DNA of 64,000 bases from an uncultured Fibrobacterota bacterium (GTDB taxonomy: Bacteria > Fibrobacterota > Chitinivibrionia > Chitinivibrionales > FEN-1185), in the NCBI GenBank assembly GCA_963729895.1, contig CAVSQB010000013.1, positions 5,051 to 69,050 of the forward strand. Direction: 5' to 3'. Of this stretch, positions 62,675-64,000 are shown piece by piece. The position numbers and the translations under genes are program-made. A model generated the notes under the pieces. The model was given only the letters and a program-made list of their open reading frames with translations, was not told where the DNA came from and did not search any database. Position 1 is the stretch's first letter. Every line of letters starts with the position of its first letter.

Positions 62675-63742
62675 TCAAGCCTGAACCTCAAATACAAAGG
62701 GGTAAACGACCTCCACAGGGCTTCCGCCGTCCATTGCCTGAAAAGCCCATCGTTTGATATAGCGGACAAGCGTTTCGTCAAATTCCGTATTCTTCGTTGT
62801 GGAACTGACGATGGACACATTCGTCACGCTTCCATCGGGCATTATGGTGAACTTTATCTTGAGCTGACCCGCAAGCGATGGATCTCTCTTGAGCCATGTT
62901 TCGTACACGCGTTTGAGCCTGTTGCTCTCGAGATCAATTACCTTCTTTATTGACGCTTGGCTCCTGGCCTCTGCGTTTGTGGTGTTTCCGGTTACTTCGG
63001 GCACGGCCGACGAAATGGCAACGCCGCCGCCGGACGAAATGTGCTCAGCCCGAGCCCTTCCAACGCTCTCCCGTGCAATGTCGACGCCCTGTGTTATGGC
63101 GCCCCGTCTCGCCTTGAGTTCGCTTGCGTCAATATTCCTTGTTGCAAACGTTCCTTTCGACACCTTTATATTGCCCAAGTCGCCGATTCCCTCGCCGGTC
63201 GCGCCGAGCAGGTCCGATACGCTTCCGCCCGAAGAAGAACCTCCCTTGCTGCTGCCTGTGGAAGTTATGGCAGCGAAGATTCCAGCTGTTTGAACGGCAG
63301 CAGCCACTCTTTCCCGGACCGCCTGGCGCTGCTCACGCGTTGCTTCCTGCCGTTCCTTGCGCTGCACGAACGTCTCTTTCTCCCGGTCCACCTTCGCTTC
63401 CTTCGGCGCTTCTTTTTCTGCGGCCTTTCCGGTTTCGGCTGCTTTACCCTTTTCTTCTTTCTTGACTTCGGGGACTTTCGGCTTAGGCTGATTAAGCACA
63501 AGCTGGGCATAGCGCTCTTGAATCTTGACAATTTCCCTGTCGCTCACATTCTCCGAAACTTTAAACGAAGCAAGGATCGACACAATCACAAAAGCCACAA
63601 GAAGGAGCGAGCCGAAAATGAGAGAAAAACGCGGATCAATGCGCGAAAGCATGCTCCGTCGCAGGTCTTTCGGGAACACCTTGAGCGAGATTTCTCCCGC
63701 ATTGTGTAGGTAGAAAAGCCCGGATTGGCCTACGTTCGCCAT
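62675..63742 (-). CDS. AgmX/PglI(GltG)-like protein with TonB C-terminal domain
   Basis: Single TM, Lys/Glu-rich and Gly-rich linkers, YETWLKRDPSLAGQLKIKFTI...VVYPFVF; TAATG coupling at 63742. Confidence 0.8.
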   Translation of the reverse strand: MANVGQSGLFYLHNAGEISLKVFPKDLRRSMLSRIDPRFSLIFGSLLLVAFVIVSILASFKVSENVSDREIVKIQERYAQLVLNQPKPKVPEVKKEEKGKAAETGKAAEKEAPKEAKVDREKETFVQRKERQEATREQRQAVRERVAAAVQTAGIFAAITSTGSSKGGSSSGGSVSDLLGATGEGIGDLGNIKVSKGTFATRNIDASELKARRGAITQGVDIARESVGRARAEHISSGGGVAISSAVPEVTGNTTNAEARSQASIKKVIDLESNRLKRVYETWLKRDPSLAGQLKIKFTIMPDGSVTNVSIVSSTTKNTEFDETLVRYIKRWAFQAMDGGSPVEVVYPFVFEVQA

Positions 63743-64000
63743 TATGCCTTCCTGTAAACTACCAGATTCATTATCGGATATCCCGCCTGGCCGCACGTAT
63801 ACATGATTCTCGTGAGCACGTTGTAGGGAATCGCTACATCTCCCTGAATCGAAATCTTGCCGGAAAATTCGGTCTTGAAGATCTCCGACGATTTCTTGGC
63901 CTCCTCGCAATACTTTTTGAGCACGGTGTACAGGGGCTCTACGAGAAAGTCTTTCTGTGCAAGTACAGCCTGATACCCTTTTTCATCTATGACAATAGTG
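63742..64000 (-). CDS. ExbD/TolR (AglS-like) protein, 5' truncated by the window edge
   Basis: ISIQGDVAIPYNVLTRIMYTCGQAGY; frame open to the window end. Confidence 0.82.
   Translation of the reverse strand, partial: TIVIDEKGYQAVLAQKDFLVEPLYTVLKKYCEEAKKSSEIFKTEFSGKISIQGDVAIPYNVLTRIMYTCGQAGYPIMNLVVYRKA

Overview
Bacterial chromosome segment, probably from an anaerobic Fibrobacterota-like organism (inference from gene content, not verified). Bases 1-14427 are the tRNA-proximal part of an AT-richer integrative element attached to the 3' end of tRNA-Ala(GGC). It carries a satellite/IME-like replication module (Cro-like HTH, AEP primase-AAA_25 helicase, iteron-like repeats, small CCCH Zn-finger protein), defence cargo (single-chain Type IIG R-M enzyme, XRE-HTH/IrrE peptidase plus partner resembling RosmerTA), an intact IS1595 splitting a 98-aa gene, an ISCR-like IS91 transposase with a tandemly duplicated oriIS, an ORF6N pseudogene and an attC-like remnant. 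Bases 14650-64000 are mostly housekeeping genes (glnS, gltX, ubiB-like, gnd, pdxB, trpB2, ugd, queA, folC, acs, satP, PpiD/SurA-like, ctpA, tmk, secA, PilZ, AgmX/TonB-like, ExbD). The most notable core feature is an acetate/lysine-acetylation cluster: an ADP-forming acetate-CoA ligase coupled to a CoA-transferase-GNAT fusion, a divergent Zn-dependent deacetylase, and acs/satP nearby. An IS3-in-IS1182 nest and a small accessory block interrupt it. No CRISPR array or rRNA was seen. All family assignments come from motif recognition by eye; no database searches were run.
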